A stretch of 64,000 bases of DNA from assembly GCA_964477265.1 (NCBI GenBank), contig CAYZDJ010000005.1, positions 158,659 to 222,658 of the forward strand. The letters run 5' to 3'. Every line of letters starts with the position of its first letter. The stretch's first letter is position 1. A program made the position numbers and the translations under genes. Positions 35,542-45,201 of the stretch are shown in pieces. The stretch is from an uncultured Chitinophagaceae bacterium. Lineage in GTDB: Bacteria > Bacteroidota > Bacteroidia > Chitinophagales > Chitinophagaceae. The notes under the pieces are model-generated. The model made no database searches. It had not been told where the DNA came from and saw only the letters and a list, made by a program, of their open reading frames with translations.

Positions 35542-36792
35542 TTATTTATTTTCATCTATGCAATAAATCTGCATTTTACAGGCTTTTTCAGCCATTTTTT
35601 TATTCTCTTCCTTTAATGGATAATCTATAAAATCTTTTACTTCCATCCTGTATTTCTGCCTTTCATAACCACCTTCTGCATAAGCATAATTCTCTTTATA
35701 ATTATTTATAAAAAATAATATTCCAAATGCTGCTGCTGTCCATTTAATAATAGGTTTTTTTATCAAATAAAACCCAACTGCAAACAATATTCCTGCAAGT
35801 AAATGAGTATATATAAAATACCTGCTTGCATAAGAACTAAGCATGCCTGTAGGCAACCTGAATTTTGATGTAATAGCCATAGAGCCAACAATAAACAATG
35901 CAATAACTATAAATGGTGTGTACTTTTTAAAGTTTTCCTTTTGTTTAAAGAATACAAAATAGCCAACAGTTATTAGTGATGCTAAAACAAACAAACCCAA
36001 CTCAACACCATAGGTATAACTAAAATGTGCACCTAGCATGTGCAAGAAATATGTGGCAATATTTGTTATTGTATTTGCAGGTGCATCAGCTGCTGGTGGG
36101 GTTGCTATAGTTGTATATTTTATAAAATATAAACTTGTAAATGCAACAAAGCAAATGGCAGAAATAATTGTTTTTTGTTTATTCTTGTTAAGCAGGTTAA
36201 AAGCCACTAAACACAGTCCTGCAAGCATACCATTACCACTTGAAAAGGCACATAAAAACTGGCAAACTATTGCTGCAATCAAGTGCCATTTTTTTTCTTT
36301 ATTATAAAAGTAAATGCTGGCACAAAAAAACATTACCACGCCATAGTTTTGCATGGAACCCATTGCAAATACTGCATTTTCATAACTATTAATGTCAAAT
36401 AAACAAAAGGCAAGCACCAATGCAGGAATGCCCCAAAACTTATCTGCAATTTTTCTGATAAATGAAGTACAGATTAAAAAAACAGCAATCAATTGCAGGT
36501 TGCCAATAAAGATTATATTCCTGAAATTTATTTCATCAAAAATATTGTAGTACCATAGGTAAACCAGACGTGATGGAAATATTCTATGCTCATTGTGCTG
36601 TTGAAAAAGCAAGTACATTTTATGACCAAAACCTGATGAGATTTTATAATCCATAATAAAATTTAATATGGCGTAATAATCATCTCTGTATGGAAGATTT
36701 AAAGCATAATCATTTACTACTTTTAAGTAAATAAAAATGGGTATAAAAATCCAGCAGTTAATAAGATAATTAGTAAGTGTTTTGGTCTGCAT
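35542..36792 (-). CDS. Polytopic membrane protein, GT-C-like glycosyltransferase candidate
   Basis: ~11 predicted hydrophobic spans. Acidic YRDDYY motif lies in the first loop, as in GT-C enzymes. Adjacent to a polyprenyl-phosphate GT2 gene. Confidence 0.45.
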   Translation of the reverse strand: MQTKTLTNYLINCWIFIPIFIYLKVVNDYALNLPYRDDYYAILNFIMDYKISSGFGHKMYLLFQQHNEHRIFPSRLVYLWYYNIFDEINFRNIIFIGNLQLIAVFLICTSFIRKIADKFWGIPALVLAFCLFDINSYENAVFAMGSMQNYGVVMFFCASIYFYNKEKKWHLIAAIVCQFLCAFSSGNGMLAGLCLVAFNLLNKNKQKTIISAICFVAFTSLYFIKYTTIATPPAADAPANTITNIATYFLHMLGAHFSYTYGVELGLFVLASLITVGYFVFFKQKENFKKYTPFIVIALFIVGSMAITSKFRLPTGMLSSYASRYFIYTHLLAGILFAVGFYLIKKPIIKWTAAAFGILFFINNYKENYAYAEGGYERQKYRMEVKDFIDYPLKEENKKMAEKACKMQIYCIDENK

Positions 36793-36846
36793 ATAGTATC
36801 AACTATTTTTAGAAAGGAGCAAATGTATTGTTTTGAGATATGTATT

Positions 36847-38013
36847 TTACATTTTATTAATGGCAATTGCATATACTTCTTTTGCTGCTTTTTCACTGGC
36901 ATTGCCACCAGCCTCCAGTTTTTGCCAAAGGTTGATATAATCTTTTTGTAGTTGATTTTTTCTTTGTTCGTTATGCAATAAATGGTTTAGTTCTGCAATT
37001 AAGTTTTCTGTGGTTAATTCATCCTGTATTAATTCTTTTACGACCAGCTTATCCATTATTAAATTAACAAGAGATATGAACTTTATTTTAATTAATCTTT
37101 TGCCAATAGCATAGCTGATATTGCTTGCTTTGTAGCAAACAACTTCGGGCACGCCAAATAATGCAGTTTCTAACGTGGCTGTGCCGCTTGTAACCATTGC
37201 TGCACTTGACTTTGAAAGTAATTGATACGTTTGGTTAGACACAGAACTTACATTTGGATACTCACTTAAAAAAGGCTCATAAAATTCATCGGTTTGTCCA
37301 GGTGCTTTTGCTACAATAAATTCATAATCTGGAAATGCTTTTGCAACGCCCAGCATAATTGGTAATTTTTTTGCAATTTCCTGCTTGCGTGAACCTGGTA
37401 AAATGGCAACACAATGTTTAAAGTTTAAGGTTTGAGGTTTAAGGTTTAAATTAGTATGTTCATTGTTTGGTTCATCAACTTTTAACTTTAAACTTTTAGC
37501 TTTAAACTCTTTAATCACTTCAATCAATGGATGACCAACATATTCAACATCCCAATTCCAAACGTTTTTAAAATAGTCTTTTTCAAAAGGAATAATGCAA
37601 AGCATTTTATCAATGCACTGCTTCATTTTCTTTACCCTGTTTGCCTTCCATGCCCATACTTGTGGCGAAATATAGTACACAACCTTAAACCCATTTTGCT
37701 TTGCCCATGTTGCAATCCTTAAATTAAAGCCAGGGTAATCTATCAAAACCAAAACATCTGGCTTAAAGTTTAAAATATCGCTTTTGCAAAACTTTAAATT
37801 GCGAAAAATGGTTGGCAAATTCTTTACGACTTCTGCAAATCCCATAAAAGCCAAATCCCTGTAATGCTTTACCAATAAGCCTCCTGCTTGTTGCATTAAA
37901 TCTCCACCCCAGCATTTTATGTTGGCAGTTGCATCAATTTTTGTAAGTTGCTTTATTAAATTGCTGCCATGCAAATCTCCACTTGCTTCGCCTGCAATAA
38001 TGTAGTATTTCAT
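36847..38013 (-). CDS. lpxB: Lipid-A-disaccharide synthase
   Basis: MKYYIIAGEASGDLHGSNLI..., VYYISPQVWAWK, AILPGSRKQE and VTSGTATLETALFGVPEVVCYK motifs. Confidence 0.9.
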   Translation of the reverse strand: MKYYIIAGEASGDLHGSNLIKQLTKIDATANIKCWGGDLMQQAGGLLVKHYRDLAFMGFAEVVKNLPTIFRNLKFCKSDILNFKPDVLVLIDYPGFNLRIATWAKQNGFKVVYYISPQVWAWKANRVKKMKQCIDKMLCIIPFEKDYFKNVWNWDVEYVGHPLIEVIKEFKAKSLKLKVDEPNNEHTNLNLKPQTLNFKHCVAILPGSRKQEIAKKLPIMLGVAKAFPDYEFIVAKAPGQTDEFYEPFLSEYPNVSSVSNQTYQLLSKSSAAMVTSGTATLETALFGVPEVVCYKASNISYAIGKRLIKIKFISLVNLIMDKLVVKELIQDELTTENLIAELNHLLHNEQRKNQLQKDYINLWQKLEAGGNASEKAAKEVYAIAINKM

Positions 38014-38237
38014 TGTTGCGAAAATAGTTAGTAGTGATTAAGGATTTGATAAGTTATTTTGCTGATAAGAATTACAAAACTCGAATGGTGCCAACGCCAC
38101 TGCTGTTTCATAGAATTGCTATAGCTCGGACAATAATAAAAATAAATATGCGAAGCATATTTTATAAATTAATGGTGCATAACTAACCATTAGCAACTAA
38201 TCGCTAACCATTATTTTAGCAACCTCAAAAACTAACA

Positions 38238-39005
38238 ATGAATTTACAACTCACTCGCCCCATAGCGTTTATTGATTTGGAAACCACAGGTGTGAATATT
38301 AGTGCTGATAGAATTGTTGAAATTGCTATTGTAAAAATTTTGCCAAATGGCGAAAAGCAAAGCAAACGCAAGATTATAAACCCAACAATTGCTATACCTC
38401 AGGGTGCAATTGATGTGCATGGCATAACCAATGAAATGGTTAAAGATGCACCTACATTTAAGCAAATTGCCAACGAGATAAAACAATTTATTGACAACTG
38501 CGACATTGGTGGTTACAACAGTAATCGTTTTGATATTCCAATGCTTGTTGAAGAGTTTTTGCGTTGCGATTTAAACATTGAAATTGAAAGTAGAAAATTG
38601 CTTGATGTGCAAAAGGTTTTTCATTTAATGGAGCAGAGAACCTTGAGTGCTGCATATAAATTTTATTGCAACAAAGAGCTTGAAAATGCCCACAGTGCTG
38701 AGGTTGACGCTACTGCAACCTATGAAGTGTTGGAAGCACAGATAAATAAATACACCAATATTGGCAATACTGTTGAAAGCATTGTAAAGTTTACTGGCGA
38801 AGAAAATATTGTGGATTTTAGCAGACGATTTATTATGGAAAAAGGAGTGGAAACTTTCAACTTTGGCAAGCATAAAGGCAAGCCAGTGGTGCAGGTTTTA
38901 AAGGAAGAGCCACAGTATTATGACTGGATGATGAAAGGAGATTTTGCATTGCATACCAAACAAAAACTGGCAGAAATTTATAATAGAACTTTGGTTAAAA
39001 AATAG
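38238..39005 (+). CDS. DEDDh 3'-5' exonuclease (DnaQ/epsilon-like) domain protein
   Basis: ExoI FIDLETTG, ExoII GYNSNRFDIPML and ExoIII HSAEVDA motifs. Confidence 0.8.
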   Translation: MNLQLTRPIAFIDLETTGVNISADRIVEIAIVKILPNGEKQSKRKIINPTIAIPQGAIDVHGITNEMVKDAPTFKQIANEIKQFIDNCDIGGYNSNRFDIPMLVEEFLRCDLNIEIESRKLLDVQKVFHLMEQRTLSAAYKFYCNKELENAHSAEVDATATYEVLEAQINKYTNIGNTVESIVKFTGEENIVDFSRRFIMEKGVETFNFGKHKGKPVVQVLKEEPQYYDWMMKGDFALHTKQKLAEIYNRTLVKK

Positions 39006-39092
39006 TGATTAGTTATTAATGGTTAGTGATTAATTATTTTTATTATGGAAGATACAAATTCCCATTCAGGGGTTAGGGGTTCTAAGTTTTTA

Positions 39093-40019
39093 ATGTTTGA
39101 AAACAGGCTTGCAAAAGTGTATAAGCATCGTAGCAAGCAAGCCAGGCGAATGAACATTTCGTGCTATAGGTTATATGATAAAGATTTGCCTGAATTCCCT
39201 ATCTGCATTGAGTTGTATGATGATAAGGTTTACCTGGCAGAGTATGTGAGCAAACATGGTTTTACAGAAGAAGAACACACACAATGGCTTGAACAAACCA
39301 TTGATGTAATTGTGAAAGTTTTAAATGTTGCAGATGAGAATGTTTATATAAAGCAACGTAAAAGGATGCACCATCGTAGCCAGCAATATGAAAAAACGGA
39401 TGCACAAAAAGACTTTTTTACTGTGGAAGAAAGTGGTTTAAAATTTCTTGTAAACCTTACTGATTATTTAGATACTGGTTTGTTTTTGGATCATAGAACA
39501 ACAAGGCAAATGGTGCAGCAAGAAGCTAAGGACAAACGTGTTTTAAATTTGTTTTGCTACACAGGTTCTTTTAGTGTGTATGCAGCAAGTGCAGGTGCAG
39601 CAAAGGTTTCATCAGTTGATTTAAGCAAAACTTATTTAGCCTGGGCTGAAGATAATTTTGTAATTAACAGGTTAAAGGATGCTGGTAAATATGAATTTGT
39701 TCATGCTGATTGTGTGCAATATTTAAAAACAATTTCAGCTAATAGTTACGATATTATTGTTATGGATCCTCCAACTTTTAGCAATAGTAAACGTATGGAT
39801 GATTTTATGGATATTCAACGCGACCATGTGCAGCTAATAAATGATTGCCTGAATATTTTATCACCAAATGGAATATTGTATTTCAGCACAAATTTCACCA
39901 AGTTTATTCTGGATGAAGACAATATAAATTCATCGCAAATAAAGGATATAACCAAAGCCACCACACCATTTGACTTTGAAGGAAAGCTGAGAAGGTGGTG
40001 TTATAAAATAATTAAATAG
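39093..40019 (+). CDS. Class I SAM-dependent rRNA methyltransferase (RlmK/RlmI-like)
   Basis: CYRLYDKDLPEF, LNLFCYTGSFSVYAASAGA and VMDPPTFS motifs. Start set at MFENRL because the listed 39045 start adds a GGGGTTAGGGGTT repeat-like leader. The start is uncertain. Confidence 0.7.
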   Translation: MFENRLAKVYKHRSKQARRMNISCYRLYDKDLPEFPICIELYDDKVYLAEYVSKHGFTEEEHTQWLEQTIDVIVKVLNVADENVYIKQRKRMHHRSQQYEKTDAQKDFFTVEESGLKFLVNLTDYLDTGLFLDHRTTRQMVQQEAKDKRVLNLFCYTGSFSVYAASAGAAKVSSVDLSKTYLAWAEDNFVINRLKDAGKYEFVHADCVQYLKTISANSYDIIVMDPPTFSNSKRMDDFMDIQRDHVQLINDCLNILSPNGILYFSTNFTKFILDEDNINSSQIKDITKATTPFDFEGKLRRWCYKIIK

Positions 40020-41391
40020 CCTGCCTGTTTTTTATTTCCAGATATTTATTGACAGTTGAAACTGTAAGCTGTGCAGGTGTTGTAAGTATTGCAGTAATGC
40101 CATTTGCTCTAAGTTCTTTAAGCATTAATTTTTTCTCATAAACAAACTTATCTGCAATGGTTTGTATATAAATTTCTTCAGTGTTTGCAGCAGTTGAGTG
40201 CAGCATTTTTTTAAGTTCAGTATTTTCGAAAAACACCACAACCAATAAATGGTAATGAGCTATAGCTTTTAAATAAGGTAGTTGCCTTTGTAAGCTATAT
40301 TCACTTTCAAAATTGGTAAATAAAATAAGTAAACTCCTTTGCTTTATCCTGCCACGTATTTGTGCATATAACGCCTCATAATCTGCATCTTTAAATTGTG
40401 TGGTTTGCTTGTAAAGCTTTTGCAGCAAGGCTTCCATTTGCATTGGCTTGCTGTCTGCCTGCACAAAATTATCTGTCTTTTCAGCAAATGAAATTAAGCC
40501 AACTTTATCTTGTTTTTGTATGGCAACATTGCTTAATGCCAATGATGCATTAATTGCATAATCCAATAATGTCATGCCTTCAAATGGCATTTTCATATTC
40601 CTGCTTTTGTCAATTAAACAAAATACCTGCTGGCTTTTTTCATCTACATAAGTGTTTACCATTAGCTGGCTTTTGCGTGCTGTTGCTTTCCAGTTTATTG
40701 TTCTGTAATCATCACCTTGTACATAGTCTTTTATTTGCTCAAACTCAAGACTGTTGCCTAATTTACGTACTTTTTTATTGCCAGTTTGAACATTACTACT
40801 TACACCTTGCAAACTAAATTTTTGCATTTGTATATAAGATGGATAAACATAAATTGTTTGTGCGTTATTAAAGTTAAACCTGCGTTTTACCAAACGCAAT
40901 GGCGACATTACGAATGCTAGTGTGTTGCCAAAATCATATTCACCGCGATTGAATGGCTTAATTGTATATTGAATTTGCTGCTGTGTATCAGGGCTTAATT
41001 TTATGCTTTTCAGCATTGGTGCATTATATAAAAAAACAGCAGGTAATTCTTCTACAACCTTTGCTGTTATTGGTAAAAAGTAATTATTGAATAATTCTAT
41101 TGTAATAATATTATCATCGCCATTACTAAATCTTTCGTTGCATATTCTAAGACCTGTTAAACCTTTTGGCTTTGCAAATAATACTACTGCATCTAAAATA
41201 GTAAATACAAGTAACAGTATTAAAAATATTTTGGCAAAAAGAAATAAGACAGAAAAGAAAAATGATAAAGCAAATGCAAAGCATAATGCAGAGCCAATAA
41301 TGTAAAAAGTGGGAGAGAGGTAGAATGAATAATAAAAGCCACTACTCCCTTTTGAAGAATTTGGGTTTTTATTACTGGTTGTCTTATTCAT
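40012..41391 (-). CDS. DUF58 domain-containing protein (vWA-like; usually MoxR-associated)
   Basis: Two N-terminal TM helices. YVQGDDYRTINWKATAR DUF58 signature. Its 3' end overlaps the convergent methyltransferase gene by 8 nt. Confidence 0.75.
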   Translation of the reverse strand: MNKTTSNKNPNSSKGSSGFYYSFYLSPTFYIIGSALCFAFALSFFFSVLFLFAKIFLILLLVFTILDAVVLFAKPKGLTGLRICNERFSNGDDNIITIELFNNYFLPITAKVVEELPAVFLYNAPMLKSIKLSPDTQQQIQYTIKPFNRGEYDFGNTLAFVMSPLRLVKRRFNFNNAQTIYVYPSYIQMQKFSLQGVSSNVQTGNKKVRKLGNSLEFEQIKDYVQGDDYRTINWKATARKSQLMVNTYVDEKSQQVFCLIDKSRNMKMPFEGMTLLDYAINASLALSNVAIQKQDKVGLISFAEKTDNFVQADSKPMQMEALLQKLYKQTTQFKDADYEALYAQIRGRIKQRSLLILFTNFESEYSLQRQLPYLKAIAHYHLLVVVFFENTELKKMLHSTAANTEEIYIQTIADKFVYEKKLMLKELRANGITAILTTPAQLTVSTVNKYLEIKNRQAI

Positions 41392-41439
41392 TACACTCTC
41401 TTTTTAAGATTAGGGTTTACTTACTTTTTTAAATCCTGT

Positions 41440-41447
41440 CAAATATA
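41440..41447 (-). promoter_or_regulatory. Candidate -7 box (TATATTTG on minus strand) for the DUF58 gene
   Basis: CAAATATA on the plus strand, 48 nt upstream of the ATG at 41391. Confidence 0.35.
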
Positions 41448-41555
41448 TATGACAGTTAATAATATTATTCTTTTATTGAGTAATATGTATTCATTTATCA
41501 GTGTCAACAATTTATAACTTTAGTATAAACCTAGTTTCATTTCACTAGTTCAATA

Positions 41556-41563
41556 TACTTTTG
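41556..41563 (+). promoter_or_regulatory. Candidate -7 box (TACTTTTG) for pafA
   Basis: TAnnTTTG ends 15 nt upstream of the ATG at 41579. Confidence 0.4.
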
Positions 41564-41578
41564 TTTCAAATTTTTAAA

Positions 41579-43225
41579 ATGAAATTCATTATCACATTGC
41601 TTTTTGTTGTATTTTCTTTTATATCTTTTTCACAAAAAAATAGAAAAGAAAATGATGTATTGCAAAAGCCCAAATTGGTAGTAGGCATTGTGCTAGACCA
41701 GATGCGTTGGGATTATTTAGAACGCTTTGCACCTTTATTTGAAACTAATGGTGGTTTTAAAAGATTAATGAATAATGGCTTTAGCTGCAACAATACTATG
41801 TTGCCCTACACACCAACAGTTACAGCCTGTGGACATACTTGCATTTACACAGGTAGTGTGCCAAATATTCATGGTATAACAGGTAATGAATGGGTTGATA
41901 ATTTGCAACAAAAAAAAGTATATTGTACTGAAGACTCGAGTGTTGAAGGTGTAGGAAAACAAAGTAGTAAACCTGGTAAAATGAGCCCTAAGAATATGCT
42001 GGTAACAGGTATATGTGATGAATTAAGGTTGGCAACAAATTTTAAAAGCAAGGTAATTGGTATTGCTGCAAAAGACAGAGGTGCAATATTGCCAGCAGGA
42101 CATAGTGCAAACGCTGCTTACTGGTACAATAAAGAAACAGGTAATTTTATAAGCAGCACTCATTATATGAGTGCTTTGCCAACTTGGGTAAACGATTTGA
42201 ATGATAGAAAATTGGTTGATAGTTTTTATAAATTAGGTTGGCAAACCCTATTACCCAAAGAAACTTATTTGCAATACTGCACAACTGATGAAAAGCCTTA
42301 CGAAAACAAGGCTTTTGGCAAAGATCAAGTTGCTTTTCCTTACAAGTTAGATCAATATATTAACAAAGATTATAACAAAATTTTAACCACACCTTATGGT
42401 AATACATTAACTGCTGAATTTGCAAAGGCAGCAGTAATAAATGAACAGCTTGGAAAAAATACTGTGACTGATTTTTTAACTATTAGCTTTTCCAGTACAG
42501 ATTATATTGGTCATAGCTATGGTCCTAATAGTTGGGAATTGCTTGATTGCTATGTTAGGATTGATAAAACCTTAAAAGAGTTTTTTGAGCTTTTAGATAA
42601 ACAACTTGGTGCAAATAATTATACTGTTTTTCTTACTGCAGACCATGCTGTTGCTCATGTACCTGGGTTTTTGCAAGAGCATAAATTACCTAATGGTTTA
42701 TTTGATGAGAAGACTGCTTTAAAAGAAATCAACATAAAATTGAAAGAGAACTTTTCTGTTGATTCATTAGCAATTGATATTGAAAATTACCAGGTGAGTT
42801 TTAACCTTAAAAAGATTACAGCTAATAGTTTAGATGCAGCAAAAATTTATGTTGTTGCAATAGATTATTTAAAGACAAATAATGCTGTCGCCAGTGCCTT
42901 TTGTTTAAAGGATTTAATGATACAGCCAATGAATAATACTGTAAAGCAAATGATTGCTAATGGCTATAATGAACAGCGTAGCGGGCAGGTGCAATTTATT
43001 TTAAAGCCTGGCTATATTGATGGCTGGAACACAGGCACAACACATGGTTTATGGAATCCTTATGATGCACATATACCTTTATTGTGGTATGGCTGGGGCA
43101 TAAAAAAGGGTAGCACACACAGGGAAACTTATATGACAGATATTGCTGCTACAGTTGCTGCCTTGCTTAAAATTCAAATGCCAAGTGGTTGTGTAGGAAA
43201 AGTAATTGAAGAGGTAATAAAGTAA
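41579..43225 (+). CDS. pafA: Alkaline phosphatase PafA-type (nucleotide pyrophosphatase/phosphodiesterase superfamily)
   Basis: Signal peptide. KLVVGIVLDQMRWDYLERF, TPTVTACGH (nucleophile Thr region), SFSSTDYIGHSYGPNS and LTADHA motifs. Start set at MKFIITLLF. Confidence 0.65.
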   Translation: MKFIITLLFVVFSFISFSQKNRKENDVLQKPKLVVGIVLDQMRWDYLERFAPLFETNGGFKRLMNNGFSCNNTMLPYTPTVTACGHTCIYTGSVPNIHGITGNEWVDNLQQKKVYCTEDSSVEGVGKQSSKPGKMSPKNMLVTGICDELRLATNFKSKVIGIAAKDRGAILPAGHSANAAYWYNKETGNFISSTHYMSALPTWVNDLNDRKLVDSFYKLGWQTLLPKETYLQYCTTDEKPYENKAFGKDQVAFPYKLDQYINKDYNKILTTPYGNTLTAEFAKAAVINEQLGKNTVTDFLTISFSSTDYIGHSYGPNSWELLDCYVRIDKTLKEFFELLDKQLGANNYTVFLTADHAVAHVPGFLQEHKLPNGLFDEKTALKEINIKLKENFSVDSLAIDIENYQVSFNLKKITANSLDAAKIYVVAIDYLKTNNAVASAFCLKDLMIQPMNNTVKQMIANGYNEQRSGQVQFILKPGYIDGWNTGTTHGLWNPYDAHIPLLWYGWGIKKGSTHRETYMTDIAATVAALLKIQMPSGCVGKVIEEVIK

Positions 43226-43239
43226 ATGGAATAAATATG

Positions 43240-43788
43240 TTATTTTGATAATGCTATTGCAAAATCAATTAAGCTGCCAAACCTATAATCAATAGCTTTA
43301 TGCCCAATTTCAACTTCAGGATTTGTGGTATCCAAATAAACTGTTTTTATACCTGCATTTCTGCCAAAATTCATATCGCTTAACTTATTGCCAACCATTA
43401 AAGCTTTATCAAAATCAATTTCAGCGAAATCTTTTTTTGCTTGCAAAGCCATACCTGCATTAGGTTTTCTGTTTGGTGATGTATTGTCTAAGTCTGTGCA
43501 AAAATAAATTTTATCAATACGTCCACCAGCATTTACAATTTCATTTTTCATATTGTGGTGAATATTTTCTAAGTCGTCTAAACTCATCAATCCTTTGCCA
43601 ACACCACGTTGATTGGTAACCATTGCAATTGTTCCAAAAGTTTTATTGAATATTTTAAAGGCATCTTTTACGCCATTATAAAATTCAAATTCATCCCAAT
43701 TTAAAATATAATCTTCTTTTTTTTCTTTATTTACAACACCATCTCTGTCTATAAACAAAGTCCATGAAGTGTCAATATTTTCAAGCAT
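43240..43788 (-). CDS. gmhB: HAD-IIIA phosphatase, D-glycero-D-manno-heptose 1,7-bisphosphate phosphatase-like
   Basis: LFIDRDGVVN (DxDG), MVTNQRGVGKG, RKPNAGM and GNKLSDMNFGRNAG motifs. Confidence 0.7.
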   Translation of the reverse strand: MLENIDTSWTLFIDRDGVVNKEKKEDYILNWDEFEFYNGVKDAFKIFNKTFGTIAMVTNQRGVGKGLMSLDDLENIHHNMKNEIVNAGGRIDKIYFCTDLDNTSPNRKPNAGMALQAKKDFAEIDFDKALMVGNKLSDMNFGRNAGIKTVYLDTTNPEVEIGHKAIDYRFGSLIDFAIALSK

Positions 43789-43797
43789 TGCAGGCTA

Positions 43798-44610
43798 TTA
43801 GTAGTATTTGGTATAATAAGTTCCTTCCTGCAAATAAACAGATTTACTGCCATCATCTATCCTGAATTTTGTTTCCAAGGTTATTACATTTTCAATACTT
43901 GGCAGGTAACATACAAAGTGTAAATGTGGACCAGATGAAAAACCTGTGTTGCCACTCAATGCAATTAACTGGCCAGTTACAACTGTATCTCCAACTTTTA
44001 CTTTGGCACCTTTAAAATCTAAATGTACATATTTTGAGTACGTTCCATCGTTGTGTAAAATGGTAATGTAGTTGTTTAATTCCATACAAGACATTCTTGG
44101 ACAACCCTCATTATTATTATCAACAACCTGTATTACAATTCCATCACGAGTAGCTACAATCTCAGTGCCAACAGGCATTGTAAAGTCTAAGGCATTTTCT
44201 CCCTGGTGCGAAAACCTGCCATTGTATCCTTGGTGAAGCTTGAATGTGTTACCTTTTTTAAATGGCAATTCATATACAAAATCCTTATTGTATTTTGCGT
44301 TCAAAACATCCCCAATGAATGATTTATATTTAAAAGAAAAACTTGATGTTTTATTAAGTTCTTCAAAAATTAATTTGGTTAAGGTATCATTTTTTGTGTT
44401 TGCCGGTATCACAAAAATGTTGGTAGGAGAAGAAGATATAAGATTGGTTAAATCAAAATCTACCGAAATTGAAACAGGAAAAGCTTCATCATTATTTGCT
44501 AAAACAATAAAACCATTATCGGTTTTTTGATTAAAAACTTGTATATTTTTTTGGGCAAATGTCAATGTATTAATTACACTGAAAGTTAATACAGCAAATA
44601 ATTTCATCAT
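43798..44610 (-). CDS. M23 family metallopeptidase
   Basis: Signal peptide. NALDFTMPVGTEIVATRDG, HNDGTYSKYVHL and SGNTGFSSGPHLHF motifs. Start set at the ATGATG at 44610 (the listed start at 44658 is a TTG overlapping gmhA). Confidence 0.85.
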   Translation of the reverse strand: MMKLFAVLTFSVINTLTFAQKNIQVFNQKTDNGFIVLANNDEAFPVSISVDFDLTNLISSSPTNIFVIPANTKNDTLTKLIFEELNKTSSFSFKYKSFIGDVLNAKYNKDFVYELPFKKGNTFKLHQGYNGRFSHQGENALDFTMPVGTEIVATRDGIVIQVVDNNNEGCPRMSCMELNNYITILHNDGTYSKYVHLDFKGAKVKVGDTVVTGQLIALSGNTGFSSGPHLHFVCYLPSIENVITLETKFRIDDGSKSVYLQEGTYYTKYY

Positions 44611-44614
44611 ATTA

Positions 44615-45187
44615 TTAAAACAAATTTTCTTCAACCAATTCGCAAATAATATGCCCAATCATTATGTGACTTTCCTGTATGCGTGGTGTGTTGCTGCTTG
44701 GAACATTAATTAACACATCGCAACAATCTTTCATTTTGCCACCAGTAGCACCAGTAAAAGCAATAGTTGTAATGCCATTTTGCTTTGCAACATCAAATGC
44801 ATTAATGATATTTTTTGAATTGCCACTTGTGCTAATGCCTACAATAACATCTCCTTTAACGCCAATACCTTCAAGCAATCTGCTATAAATTACATCATAA
44901 CTATAATCGTTTGCAACTGCTGTCATATAAGATGTATTGCAATGCAAAGCCTCACTTGGCAATGCTTTTCTGTCTTTATAAAACCTGCCACTAAACTCTG
45001 CTGCAAGATGTTGAGCATCTGCTGCACTGCCACCATTTCCACAAAATAAAACTTTGTTGCCAGCTTTAAATGCAGCAGTAATAAGGCTTACGCAATTATT
45101 TATTTTCTCAAGCAACGCTTCATCATTTATGATTTGTTGCTTTGTATTAATAGATTCCTGAATGATTTGTTGTAATCTTTCTTGCAT
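44615..45187 (-). CDS. gmhA: D-sedoheptulose 7-phosphate isomerase (SIS domain)
   Basis: FCGNGGSAADAQHLAAEFSGRF, GISTSGNS and HIMIGHIICELVE motifs. Start set at the ATG at 45187 (the listed start at 45211 is a TTG overlapping the toxin gene). Confidence 0.85.
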   Translation of the reverse strand: MQERLQQIIQESINTKQQIINDEALLEKINNCVSLITAAFKAGNKVLFCGNGGSAADAQHLAAEFSGRFYKDRKALPSEALHCNTSYMTAVANDYSYDVIYSRLLEGIGVKGDVIVGISTSGNSKNIINAFDVAKQNGITTIAFTGATGGKMKDCCDVLINVPSSNTPRIQESHIMIGHIICELVEENLF

Positions 45188-45201
45188 AATTTTATTTGTT
45201 T

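Noticed and set aside
38014-38237. 224-bp divergent intergenic region between lpxB and the exonuclease gene, examined for a tRNA, sRNA or operator (small palindrome AAATATGC-gaa-GCATATTT at 38145-38163)
   Set aside because: There is no tRNA-like acceptor or T-arm sequence and no terminator to define an sRNA. An 8-bp AT-rich palindrome in AT-rich DNA is not significant on its own.
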